Positions 1 to 8,738 of a DNA stretch of 64,000 nt are shown piece by piece. Source of the stretch: Deltaproteobacteria bacterium (GTDB lineage: Bacteria > Desulfobacterota > GWC2-55-46). Numbering within the stretch: the stretch's first letter is position 1; the number at the start of each line of letters is the position of its first letter. The stretch is taken from assembly GCA_019912665.1 (NCBI GenBank), contig JAIOIE010000018.1:286590-350589 (forward strand), in the 5' to 3' direction. The translations under genes and the position numbers were made by a program. Under the pieces are notes generated by a model that had not been told where the DNA came from, made no database searches, and saw only the letters and a program-made list of their open reading frames with translations.

Positions 1-491
1 AAAGACATGAGCTCGCCGGACCTTTTCGTGGCCGCGTACGGGGATATCGGGCAGGTTATCGGGTCCTCTTCTGAAAAGGGGGTCTTGCTGTTTATGCCGT
101 ATACGGACGAGGAGGAGGCGAAAACGAAATTGCCTATCCCGTTGTTCCTCGAAAGCTCGAGGAGGGTCAGCGTGCCGAGGCAGTTCACTTCCTCGTAGAG
201 AAGAGGGTCTTCTATCGAGGGCCTCACCCCGGCCCTGGCGGCCAGATGGCAGACCGCGTGAGGCTTGAACGCGGCAAAAACCTCTTCGACGGCCTTACGG
301 TCCCTTATGTCGGCTTCGAAAAGGCTGAAAGACGGGTTTTTCAGGAGCGCTTCCGCGTTCTCTCTCTTGAGCCGCGGGTCGTAGAAGTCGTTAAAGTCGT
401 CTATTGCGGCAACTTTTTCCCCGCGCTCGAGGAGCGCGGCCGCGAGGTGCGAGCCAATGAAGCCGGCACCGCCGGTCACGATGATGTTCAT
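1..491 (-). CDS. NAD-dependent epimerase/dehydratase (SDR family), 3' end truncated by window edge
   Basis: Minus-strand translation from ATG (complement 489-491): MNIIVTGGAGFIGSHLAAALLERGEKVAAIDDFNDFYDPRLKREN... Rossmann TGGAGFIG motif. Runs off window start so it is absent from the ORF track. The long + strand ORF 246-1388 is its shadow. Confidence 0.75.
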   Translation of the reverse strand, partial: MNIIVTGGAGFIGSHLAAALLERGEKVAAIDDFNDFYDPRLKRENAEALLKNPSFSLFEADIRDRKAVEEVFAAFKPHAVCHLAARAGVRPSIEDPLLYEEVNCLGTLTLLELSRNNGIGNFVFASSSSVYGINSKTPFSEEDPITCPISPYAATKRSGELMS

Positions 492-589
492 GCGGATAAA
501 GCTACCATAGTTCTTCTCAAGGGGTCAAGGGAAAGGGCCGGAAACGGAGGCCTGGCGCGCAATCGACTCGCCCGGCCTCCGCGCCATTC

Positions 590-1021
590 TCAGCCTATTC
601 CTTCGAGGCCGGCTGCAAAGGCTGTCTGCATCCCTTCAACCGTCGGGGCGCCTTCCGGGTGCCATGCTACCTCGATCCTTTCCCATCTCCCCAGTTCCTC
701 TTCGGGGACGACGGCGCTGAAGACCCCGTTTCCATCGGAGTCGGTCCTGAAGCCGTGCTCCATCGGGCTTACCATCTCCGCCTCGCGCCTCTCTTCGCTC
801 ACGAGCCAGACGGTGTACATTGAGTCCGGCATGAGGTCTTCGGCGCGTATCGTTATCTCCTTTGCGCCTTCGGCCGTATCCGTAATCTCGACCTCGGCCC
901 TTGAGTCCTCCCAGAGGAAGCTCTCCATCTCCATCCTGTCCGTATGGGCGAAAGCCTGCGGGAGCACGAATGCCACGACCGCAGCCAGTGCCAATCCCAA
1001 AACCATTCCAAGCGCGTTCAT
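590..1021 (-). CDS. secreted hypothetical protein, paralog 1 of a tandem triplet
   Basis: 143 aa with N-terminal signal-peptide-like hydrophobic segment. Shares motifs PxSxY(T/S)xWL, F(R/E)TDxxGNG, W(E/D)xIE and (W/Y/H)HP with the two adjacent ORFs. Confidence 0.6.
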   Translation of the reverse strand: MNALGMVLGLALAAVVAFVLPQAFAHTDRMEMESFLWEDSRAEVEITDTAEGAKEITIRAEDLMPDSMYTVWLVSEERREAEMVSPMEHGFRTDSDGNGVFSAVVPEEELGRWERIEVAWHPEGAPTVEGMQTAFAAGLEGIG

Positions 1022-1031
1022 TTGCGCCTCC

Positions 1032-1454
1032 TTAACCCCAGAAGCTCCCCAGGAGCGCGAGCTCGGCGCCTTCCAGGTCCTCGGTGTCGTTATTCGGATG
1101 ATGCAGTATCTCTATCTTGTCCCAGTCTTTAAACTGCCGGGACGGTATCCTGACGGTGTAGGAGCCGTTCCCTTCGGCATCGGTCTCGAACGTCAGGTCG
1201 CCGGAGCCTATCCCGAGGTCTCCGAGCATCGGCGTTTCGTCTATGAGCCATATGGAATAGAGGGAGTTGGGTTGAAGGCCGCTGGCTTCCACCCTTATCT
1301 CCTTCTCCTCGTTCTCGACATCGGTTATCACGGCTTCGCCCGTAGCGCTGTCCCATGCCTCGCCCGTCAGCTCGACCTTGGAGGATGAGCCCCATACTGC
1401 GGCGGAGGTAAAGAAGACGGCCGCGAGCGCGATTGTCAAAATACGGTATTTCAT
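1032..1454 (-). CDS. secreted hypothetical protein, paralog 2 of a tandem triplet
   Basis: 140 aa with signal peptide. Motifs PNSLYSIWL, FETDAEGNG, WDKIEILHHP. Lies 10 nt downstream of paralog 3's terminator and 10 nt upstream of paralog 1. Confidence 0.6.
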   Translation of the reverse strand: MKYRILTIALAAVFFTSAAVWGSSSKVELTGEAWDSATGEAVITDVENEEKEIRVEASGLQPNSLYSIWLIDETPMLGDLGIGSGDLTFETDAEGNGSYTVRIPSRQFKDWDKIEILHHPNNDTEDLEGAELALLGSFWG

Positions 1455-1485
1455 GATTTACCTCTCTTGTTGCGCCTGTAACCTC

Positions 1486-1523
1486 TAAAATCAAAAGGGC
1501 CTGCGGCTTAAGCCGAGGCCCTT
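1486..1523 (-). terminator. rho-independent terminator after paralog 3
   Basis: Hairpin AAGGGCC-tg-CGGCTTAAGCCG-ag-GGCCCTT (about 14 bp stem with one bulge) at 1495-1523. On the minus strand it is followed by TTTTGATTTT (1486-1495). Confidence 0.45.
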
Positions 1524-1545
1524 GATGACCGTAACCATGCGCCTT

Positions 1546-1977
1546 TTAGCCATACAGGCCCAAATCGCCCCTCAGGGCTATCTCCGCGTTTTCAAGGTCA
1601 GCCGGGTCGCCGGTGGGGTGATAGGCTATTTCCAGCATGTCCCACCTGTTAAGCTCGCCTTCGGGCACCGTGGCTATGAACCTGCCGTTGCCGGCCGCGT
1701 CGGTCCGGAAAGAGTAATCCTCCACGCCGAGGCCCTGCATCCTCTCGGGCCCGTCAGCCAGCCATGCCGTGTATACGGAATTGGGCCTCAACCCCCTTAC
1801 CTCGACCGTAACCTCCTGCTGGTTGATGCCCGAGTCATAATCTTCCACGCTTATGAAGCCTTCGGCATCCGGGAACTGAAAGACGCCTTCGAGCGGGATC
1901 CTGTACTGGGCGTCCGCAGTTGATATGAAAGCGGCCGAGATCAAGCCCATTACGGCCGCCAATAAACCCTTTCTCAT
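1546..1977 (-). CDS. secreted hypothetical protein, paralog 3 of a tandem triplet
   Basis: 143 aa with signal peptide (AFISTADA-Q). Motifs PNSVYTAWL, FRTDAAGNG, WDMLEIAYHP. Confidence 0.6.
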   Translation of the reverse strand: MRKGLLAAVMGLISAAFISTADAQYRIPLEGVFQFPDAEGFISVEDYDSGINQQEVTVEVRGLRPNSVYTAWLADGPERMQGLGVEDYSFRTDAAGNGRFIATVPEGELNRWDMLEIAYHPTGDPADLENAEIALRGDLGLYG

Positions 1978-2223
1978 ACTCGCACCTCCATTATATGCAA
2001 AACCCTTCGGAAATCATGCCGCTTAAATCGTCCGCTTGCGGCGCATAAACCGTTCATATTTTAATTCTAGACCCGAGGACGGGCTTGTCAAGAAGCCCGA
2101 AATCCCCGCCAAGACGGGAAAAACAAGCCTTGCTTTTTTCTGGTAAAGTAATGATTATACCGAGGACCTCCGCGACCGCCGTGAAGTCCCGCGCCGGGGA
2201 ATAATACCTTAGAGGCAAGGGCT

Positions 2224-3681
2224 ATGGCCGTTCCTTCATCGATAAAAAGGATATCCGAAACCATCTGGGAGCTCCCGAAGAGCTACAAGCAGGGGATGCT
2301 CGTCCCGGCGCGCATATACGCGACCGAGAAACTCATAGGGGAGATGGACGAAGGAGTCTTCAACCAGGTGACGAACGTCGCATGCCTGCCCGGCATAGTC
2401 AAATACGCCTGCTGCATGCCGGACGGGCACTGGGGCTACGGCTTCCCCATAGGCGGGGTGGCCGCCATGGACGCAAGTCGAGGGGTAATATCGCCCGGGG
2501 GCATAGGCTTCGACATAAACTGCGGGATGAGGCTTGCCGTTACGGACCTCACACTCGAAGAGGTGAAACCCAGGCTGAAGGAATTGGTGGACGCGCTCTT
2601 CTACAGGATACCCTCGGGCGTGGGCTCCACCGGCTTTCTGAGGCTCGACAGGAAGGAGTTCAGGGAAGCGCTTGAAGAGGGCTCGCGCTGGTGCCTGAGA
2701 AAGGGCTATGCCTGGCCCGAGGACATCGAGCTTACAGAGGAGCGGGGCTGCTTCGAGGGGGCGGACGCCTCGAAGGTGAGCGAAAAGGCCATAGACCGGG
2801 GGTTCGATCAGGTGGGCACGCTTGGGAGCGGGAACCATTACTGCGAGATACAGGTCGCGAAGCCCGAGAACGTCATCGACGAGGAGACGGCCAGGGCCTT
2901 CGGTTTCACGCTCCCGGACCAGATAGCCATAATGTTTCACTGCGGTAGCCGCGGCTTCGGCCACCAGGTGGCGACCGACTACCTCCAGGCCTTCCTTCGC
3001 GTAATGGAGCCGAAATACGGGATAAAGGTGCTCGACAGGGAACTCGCCTCCGCGCCCTTCAACTCGCGGGAGGGTCAGGACTACTGGAAGGCCATGAAGT
3101 GCGCCGCCAACATGGCCTTCGTGAACAGGCAGGTGATACTCCACAGGATACGCGAGGTCTTCTCGACAATATTCAGGAGGCCGCCCGAGGACCTCGGGAT
3201 AAGGATGGTATACGACGTAACCCACAATACGGCCAAGGTCGAGAGGCATATGGTTGACGGCAAGGAGATGGAACTCCTCGTCCACAGGAAGGGAGCGACA
3301 AGGGCCTTACCGCCCGGAATGAAGGGACTCCCCGAGAGGTACATGCAGACCGGCCAGCCCGTCATAATCGGCGGGAGCATGGAGACGGGCTCATATCTCC
3401 TCGCGGGTCTCGCGACCGGCAAGGACGCGTTCTACACGACCGCGCACGGGAGCGGCAGGACCATGAGCAGGCACCACGCGAAACGCATGTACAGGGGCTC
3501 GAAGCTCCAGCACGAGATGGAGGAGCGGGGCATCTATGTAAGGAGCGTGACATGGGGCGGGCTTGCCGAGGAGGCAGGCGCGGCCTATAAAAAGATTGAC
3601 GAAGTGGTCGGGGCTACCGAATCGGCCGGGCTCAGTAAGCGCGTAGTCCGGCTCATACCCATCGGGAACATAAAGGGTTAG
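2224..3681 (+). CDS. rtcB: RNA-splicing ligase RtcB
   Basis: 485 aa. Hallmark motifs GHWGYGFPIGG and GGIGFDINCGMR, plus C-terminal HNTA/HGSGR regions. Confidence 0.9.
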   Translation: MAVPSSIKRISETIWELPKSYKQGMLVPARIYATEKLIGEMDEGVFNQVTNVACLPGIVKYACCMPDGHWGYGFPIGGVAAMDASRGVISPGGIGFDINCGMRLAVTDLTLEEVKPRLKELVDALFYRIPSGVGSTGFLRLDRKEFREALEEGSRWCLRKGYAWPEDIELTEERGCFEGADASKVSEKAIDRGFDQVGTLGSGNHYCEIQVAKPENVIDEETARAFGFTLPDQIAIMFHCGSRGFGHQVATDYLQAFLRVMEPKYGIKVLDRELASAPFNSREGQDYWKAMKCAANMAFVNRQVILHRIREVFSTIFRRPPEDLGIRMVYDVTHNTAKVERHMVDGKEMELLVHRKGATRALPPGMKGLPERYMQTGQPVIIGGSMETGSYLLAGLATGKDAFYTTAHGSGRTMSRHHAKRMYRGSKLQHEMEERGIYVRSVTWGGLAEEAGAAYKKIDEVVGATESAGLSKRVVRLIPIGNIKG

Positions 3682-3706
3682 CCGTAAAGGCAAAGGAAAA
3701 CCGGGA

Positions 3707-4138
3707 ATGCCGTATCGCTATCTTGACGAAATAGCCACTGCCGACGTAGCGTTCGAGGCAACCGGCGGAAGCCTTGAAGAGGTCTTCACCTCCGCCGCGG
3801 AAGCGACGGTGAACGTAATGGTAGACGAGCCGGAGAGGATAGAGAGAAAGAAACGCGTGAGCGTAAGGCTCGAAAACCCTGACAGGGACATGCTCCTCTA
3901 CGATTTCCTGAACGAGCTTGTGTACCTGAAGGACGCGAAGAAGCTCCTTGTGCGAGTGGAAAAGATTGAGATAAAGGAAGGCGCGGACGGCTTAAGCCTC
4001 GTTGCCGAGCTCTCGGGAGAAGAGCTTGACCCGGCCAAACACCCGCTCGGCGCTGACGTGAAGGCAGTGACCCTGCACATGTTCAGCCTGGAGAGGGCCG
4101 ATAGCGGGTGGAAGGCGGTTGCCGTGCTGGATATATAG
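3707..4138 (+). CDS. archease (RtcB activator)
   Basis: 143 aa, starting 25 nt after rtcB. Typical archease size and N-terminal (M)PYRYLDEIATADVAFEA-like start. Confidence 0.75.
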   Translation: MPYRYLDEIATADVAFEATGGSLEEVFTSAAEATVNVMVDEPERIERKKRVSVRLENPDRDMLLYDFLNELVYLKDAKKLLVRVEKIEIKEGADGLSLVAELSGEELDPAKHPLGADVKAVTLHMFSLERADSGWKAVAVLDI

Positions 4139-4292
4139 CAGGGTACTGAATCACTCAAGGCACGTTCAGACTGCTCAAAAAGCTCAAGATGCGAGGAGTC
4201 GAAAATGAGGAATGAGGCGTACTTTCATTGTACGCCGGAATGTCCAATTTTGAAGACGACAACGCAGATTGGGCTTTTTCAGCAGCCTGCGC

Positions 4293-4466
4293 TCAGAAGT
4301 CCTCCTCCAAAAAGAACTCTTCCGTATTCTTCTCTTTCCGGAGCGCGAGCGGGGTCTGGCAGTAGGGGCAATAGACGCTCTCCCCGATCTTTTCATCCCC
4401 GGCCATCGGTACTTCCACATCGCACATCGGGCAGGTGAGATAATTACAGGAACCTTTCTGCGGCAT
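4293..4466 (-). CDS. small zinc-ribbon protein (LysW-like fold, acidic C-terminal tail)
   Basis: 57 aa, below the ORF-track cutoff: MPQKGSCNYLTCPMCDVEVPMAGDEKIGESVYCPYCQTPLALRKEKNTEEFFLEEDF. Two CPxC knuckles. GGGAGGG Shine-Dalgarno 6 nt upstream. GC-rich third positions. Confidence 0.4.
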   Translation of the reverse strand: MPQKGSCNYLTCPMCDVEVPMAGDEKIGESVYCPYCQTPLALRKEKNTEEFFLEEDF

Positions 4467-4790
4467 AGGTCGCCCTCCCTAGAAGGATGTTGAAAAAGTC
4501 CTTCCTGGACTTTTTCAAACACGGCTTGGCGGAATGAATCCGCCCAAGCCTCACAAATTGCTCGACTTTCAAGTCTTCGCAATTGGCAATCCATCCATGG
4601 ATTGCCTAGCATGGTGTTTTTCAACACCCTGCTATGAATTCCGGCCATATCATCTCATACCCGGGCCTCGGTTTCAAGGGGGCTGGAACCTCGCCATAGC
4701 CGGAGAAAAAAACGCCCATAGCGCGTTTCACCCAGTCCCTGCGCGGGTTTTCCCACTTGACGGAGCTCACTAAAAGACGGAAAATTAGGT

Positions 4791-5018
4791 ATGCGCGAGG
4801 AGAGAAGGAAACTGTACCTCTCGGTTGGGGAAGTAGTCGTCCACCTGAGGCACCCGGAGTGGGGCCATGGACGGGTGGTCGAGGAGATGAACTCCACCAT
4901 TCCCGGCGGCATATCCTTCATCAGGATAGAATTCAGGTACGCCGGCAGGAGGACCTTTGATAACAATATCGAAAGCCTGCAGTGCTGCTACCATGCGGGC
5001 GTAAGGAGGGTTGGCTGA
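4791..5018 (+). CDS. DUF3553-like small protein
   Basis: 75 aa. VGEVVVHLRHPEWGHGRVVEE...ISFIRIEFRYAGRRTF matches my recollection of the DUF3553 pattern (V.H.RHPEWG.G.V....V.F..AG). GC-rich third positions. Confidence 0.45.
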   Translation: MREERRKLYLSVGEVVVHLRHPEWGHGRVVEEMNSTIPGGISFIRIEFRYAGRRTFDNNIESLQCCYHAGVRRVG

Positions 5019-5228
5019 CTTATAAAAGGGCTGCGCATGTCGCGCTTCATGATGCAGTGGGGCAAAATACTCCTTCCCTATCTCAAGGCAACCTCTAAAA
5101 ATTTGGGATTTTTCCCGCAGTAAGGAAGGCCGGGAAGAAAAAAGCGGAGCATATACGATAGTGTGTGAGCATTTTTATTCACGTAACTACGCAGAGTCCG
5201 GGGAAAAGATCATTTTGTAGAGGTTGCC

Positions 5229-6761
5229 TCAAAAAAGAGGCTTGCCGGTCATCTCAGAGGGCTGGGGTAGTCCCATGAGCTTAAGGACAGTCGGCGCGAC
5301 GTCGTCAAGCCCGCCGTCCTTGAGCCTCGTCCCTTTCATATCCGGGTCTACCATTATGAACGGAGCAAGGTTCGTTGTGTGGGCCGTATGGGCCTCGCCG
5401 CTCGAAGGGTCTTTCATCTGCTCGGCGTTACCGTGGTCGGCGGTTATCAAAACCGACCAGCCGTTTTCAAGGGCCGCCCCGGTCACGATGCCCAGGGCCC
5501 GGTCCACCGCCTCGCAGGCCTTGATCGCGGCATCCAGGATCCCGGTATGGCCGACCATGTCACAGTTCGCGAAATTCATCAGCATGAAGGAATAGCGCCC
5601 CTCCCTTATCTTGAGTGAAGCGGCCTCGGCTATCTCAAGGGCCCTCATCTCGGGCTTTTTGTCGTATGTCGGCACATCCTGCGCCGACGGGATAAGGAGC
5701 CTCTCCTCGCCTTCGAACGGCTCTTCCCTGCCGCCGTTAAAGAAAAAGGTCACATGGGCGTACTTCTCGGTCTCGGACACCCTGAACTGCTTAAGCCCCC
5801 TGGTAGAGAGGACGTCCGCCAGTATGTTCCGGAGCGCCTGAGGAGCAAAAAGGACCGGAAGCCCGAGCCTTTGGTCGTATTCGGTCATGCAGACGAATCT
5901 CGAAAGGGCGCGTCTCGCCTTCCTCTCGAAGCCGGTAAAGCCCTCGTCCACGAAGGCCCTTGTTATCTCCCTTGCCCTGTCCGACCTGAAATTGAAAAAG
6001 AGGACGGCGTCTCCGTCCGAGACCGGGGCTACGGGCCTTCCTTCCCGGACCAGCACCGTAGGCTGGACGAACTCGTCAGTTTCATTCCTGGAGTAAGCCG
6101 CCTTCACGGCCTCGAGAGGGTCTTCGGCGATTGCTCCGGCTCCCTCCGCAATCGCTTCATACGCCTTCTTTACGCGCTCCCACCTGTTGTCCCGGTCCAT
6201 AGCGTAATACCTGCCGCACACGGTGGCCACCCTGGCAGGCGATTTGTTCTTCGCAAGGTATGAAAGGAGCGACTCCATGTAGAGAGCGCCGCTCGATGGA
6301 GGAGTGTCCCTGCCGTCGAGTATAGCATGTATGTAGATCCTCTCCACACCCTTTCTCTTGAAGATGTCGAGCAGGCCGAAGAGGTGCTCTATATGGCTGT
6401 GCACCCCGCCGTCCGAGAGAAGGCCCATAAGATGGAGCGCGCTGCCCCTCCGTTTGAGCTCGCTTGCGAGTTCTCCGATCATGGGGCGGGATTCAAGCTC
6501 GCCTTCCTTTATGGCCCTGGATATCCTTACGAGCTCCTGGTATACGATCCTTCCCGCGCCCATTGTGAGATGGCCGACCTCGGAATTCCCCATCTGCCCC
6601 TCAGGGAGGCCCACTGAAAATCCGGAGGTGTCTATTGACGACACGGGATATTCCCGGACCAGCCGGTCATAATTGGGGGTCGAGGCCAGGAGCACGGCAT
6701 TCGAGTCGTTCTCGGGGTTGATGCCCCATCCGTCGAGCACGATCAGGCAGACCTTTTTCAA
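5229..6761 (-). CDS. gpmI: 2,3-bisphosphoglycerate-independent phosphoglycerate mutase
   Basis: LDGWG...NAV..A.TP motif plus GGVHSH, DGRD and ADHGN motifs. True start is likely TTG at complement 6759-6761 (MKKVCLIVLDGWG) with an AGGAG SD. The ORF-track start at 6833 adds a non-conserved extension. Confidence 0.9.
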   Translation of the reverse strand: MKKVCLIVLDGWGINPENDSNAVLLASTPNYDRLVREYPVSSIDTSGFSVGLPEGQMGNSEVGHLTMGAGRIVYQELVRISRAIKEGELESRPMIGELASELKRRGSALHLMGLLSDGGVHSHIEHLFGLLDIFKRKGVERIYIHAILDGRDTPPSSGALYMESLLSYLAKNKSPARVATVCGRYYAMDRDNRWERVKKAYEAIAEGAGAIAEDPLEAVKAAYSRNETDEFVQPTVLVREGRPVAPVSDGDAVLFFNFRSDRAREITRAFVDEGFTGFERKARRALSRFVCMTEYDQRLGLPVLFAPQALRNILADVLSTRGLKQFRVSETEKYAHVTFFFNGGREEPFEGEERLLIPSAQDVPTYDKKPEMRALEIAEAASLKIREGRYSFMLMNFANCDMVGHTGILDAAIKACEAVDRALGIVTGAALENGWSVLITADHGNAEQMKDPSSGEAHTAHTTNLAPFIMVDPDMKGTRLKDGGLDDVAPTVLKLMGLPQPSEMTGKPLF

Positions 6762-6888
6762 ATCCAGTTCTCCTGCTTTTTTTGAGGGGGGATAAACAGA
6801 GCACGGGGTCAGGCAGTATGACTTTCCGGGCAACTCGTCCGGAAGGGACGCTAGCCGGTTGCGCGGCCCGGCCTTCAGGCGGCTGGGC

Positions 6889-8232
6889 TCAGAAGAGCTT
6901 TCTCAGGGCCGGGGCCCTGTGCTGGGACTCCACCCCCCTCATTACAAGTGTATCCCACTCTCCGCATGAAGTGCACCGTGCCTTCCAGGAGACCACATCG
7001 GAGCCGCATCCCGAGCACCTGAAATGAGGGCTGTACTCCCTGTCGAGCCCGAGCGCCCTGTGGAAGAGGTGCGCGGCCCTGCCGCCCTGCTTACGCCTGA
7101 GATACGCCTCGCCGAGGAGCACGGAATGGTAGAACCCGTCCTCGCCCTCGTTCTGAAGTCTTTCGAGCTCTTCTATGGCGTTATCGACCATCTCGAGCCT
7201 CAGGTACAGGCGTGCAAGGAGGAGCCTCATATTTAGCCCGTTCGAATGCGTAAGTATCTCCTTATTGTACCTTTCGAGTATCCTTTCCGGGGCCGATTCC
7301 CTGATACACAGGTCCTCGAGCTTGAGGATAATCGGCTCGGGGGTGCTGAACCTGGCAAGCGCCTTCTCCCACACCTTTGCGGCGCTCGAAGAGCTCCCCT
7401 GCCTGTCGAGCACCTCTCCGAGGAGGATATGCCCGGGGAGGAACTTGTCGCCGTTCTTCAATGCCTCTTTTACCCTGACGAGCGCCTCGGTTAGCCTCCC
7501 CTCGTTCATCGACACGCATGCAGACTCATATAGGAGCCCCGTAAGGAGCTTTTTCTCCTTTTTCCTGAGGTCTTCGTTCCTTTCGGAATCAATGATCTTT
7601 TTTTGCAGCTCCGCCGCATCGGACCAGAGGTCCTCCTTTATCCTCAGGTCCCTCAATTTCCTCAAGGCATAGAGATTGCCCGGGTCGAGCTTCACGACCT
7701 CTTCGAGGGCCTTTGCCGCCCTCTGTGCGTCCCCGGATTCGGTCGCGCAACGGGCAAGCGAGCTCAAGACGCCTATGGAGGAAGGGTTATTGAGGAATCC
7801 CTTCTCAAGGACCTTCACCGCCTCCCTGGGCCTGTCCTCCCTCATGTAGGTCTCGGCGAGGCTTATTATCATTCCGGTTTCGTTCGGCTTTGCGGCGTGG
7901 GCCTTCTCAAGAAGCTCCCTCGCGGATGCGGTATCGCCCTTCACAAGGAGCTCGGCCCCTTTCCTGTAGTTCTCGTCGGCCTGGGCAAGGAGCTTCTTCT
8001 CCCTCCGCTCCTTCATCTCCCTGAGCGCCCTCCTCGCGTCAGCAACGAGCGAATTCAGGACCGCAAGCACGACGCCCGCGAGAAAGCCGAAAAAGACGAG
8101 AAGAGTAGCCGGAAGCGCGTAAGTGTATTCGCTCGTTACGACGAAAGTGACAATGCCGGGGTTCTTGGTATGGAGGTAGAAGAAAGCCCCCAGGACGAGT
8201 ATGATTACTACTAGGAGTACCTTGGTGTACAT
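6889..8232 (-). CDS. lapB: lipopolysaccharide assembly protein LapB (YciM): N-terminal TM helix, TPR repeats, C-terminal rubredoxin-like zinc finger
   Basis: N-terminal TM helix, multiple TPR-like repeats, and C-terminal CSGCG...CTSCGEWDT metal-binding motif characteristic of LapB. Confidence 0.8.
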   Translation of the reverse strand: MYTKVLLVVIILVLGAFFYLHTKNPGIVTFVVTSEYTYALPATLLVFFGFLAGVVLAVLNSLVADARRALREMKERREKKLLAQADENYRKGAELLVKGDTASARELLEKAHAAKPNETGMIISLAETYMREDRPREAVKVLEKGFLNNPSSIGVLSSLARCATESGDAQRAAKALEEVVKLDPGNLYALRKLRDLRIKEDLWSDAAELQKKIIDSERNEDLRKKEKKLLTGLLYESACVSMNEGRLTEALVRVKEALKNGDKFLPGHILLGEVLDRQGSSSSAAKVWEKALARFSTPEPIILKLEDLCIRESAPERILERYNKEILTHSNGLNMRLLLARLYLRLEMVDNAIEELERLQNEGEDGFYHSVLLGEAYLRRKQGGRAAHLFHRALGLDREYSPHFRCSGCGSDVVSWKARCTSCGEWDTLVMRGVESQHRAPALRKLF

Positions 8233-8255
8233 CTGCCGCCGCTCTTCCTTTTTTT

Positions 8256-8726
8256 TCAGTGCGAATAGGGTTCGTTCCGCATTATTGTAAAGCCCCTGTA
8301 GACCTGCTCATACAGGACGAGCTTCGCGAGGTCGTGGGGGAAGGTCATCGGCGAAAGCGAAAGCACCATGTTAGACCTGTCGTATACGTCCCTGTCGAGG
8401 CCCCACGAGCCTCCAACTATGAAGACAAGCCTTTTCCTGCCCGAGGCCATTATGCCGGAGAGGAGCTCCGACAGGCCCGCGGAAGTCATTCCGGTCCCGG
8501 TGTCGGCAAGCGAGACGACATAATCGCCGGGCATGAGCTTCGCGATTATCCTCTGCCCCTCGCCCCTTGCGACGTCCGCCCTGGGCGCCTTGGCCGTGGC
8601 CTTCTCGTCCTTTACCTCCACGACCTCGACAGGCGCGTATCTCCGTATCCTTTTAAGATACTCCGAGGCGGCTTCCCTCAGGCCCTCACTTTTCATACGG
8701 CCCACGGAGATAAAAACTATCTTCAA
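8256..8726 (-). CDS. rlmH: 23S rRNA (pseudouridine1915-N3)-methyltransferase RlmH
   Basis: 156 aa SPOUT methyltransferase similar to YbeA. Sits in the conserved nadD-rsfS-rlmH arrangement. Confidence 0.85.
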   Translation of the reverse strand: MKIVFISVGRMKSEGLREAASEYLKRIRRYAPVEVVEVKDEKATAKAPRADVARGEGQRIIAKLMPGDYVVSLADTGTGMTSAGLSELLSGIMASGRKRLVFIVGGSWGLDRDVYDRSNMVLSLSPMTFPHDLAKLVLYEQVYRGFTIMRNEPYSH

Positions 8727-8738
8727 GGCGCCACCGGC

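Noticed and set aside
246-1388. 380-aa plus-strand ORF spanning the epimerase and two secreted-paralog genes
   Set aside because: Low-complexity Ala/Arg/Ser/Pro-rich translation antisense to three well-supported minus-strand genes. This is a typical high-GC shadow ORF.
2236-3285. 349-aa minus-strand ORF inside rtcB
   Set aside because: Antisense to a gene with unmistakable RtcB motifs. Arg/Pro/Gly-rich composition with no recognisable domain.
4184-4648. 154-aa minus-strand ORF overlapping the zinc-ribbon gene in another frame
   Set aside because: Arg-rich low-complexity translation. The 57-aa zinc-ribbon frame has an SD, a Cys-knuckle pattern and a GC3 bias, so that frame is preferred.
5229-6833. 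Long N-terminal extension of the gpmI ORF (start at 6833)
   Set aside because: The extension MPGKSYCLTPCSVYPPSKKAGELD is unconserved. TTG at 6759-6761 with an AGGAG SD gives the canonical MKKVCLIVLDGWG start.
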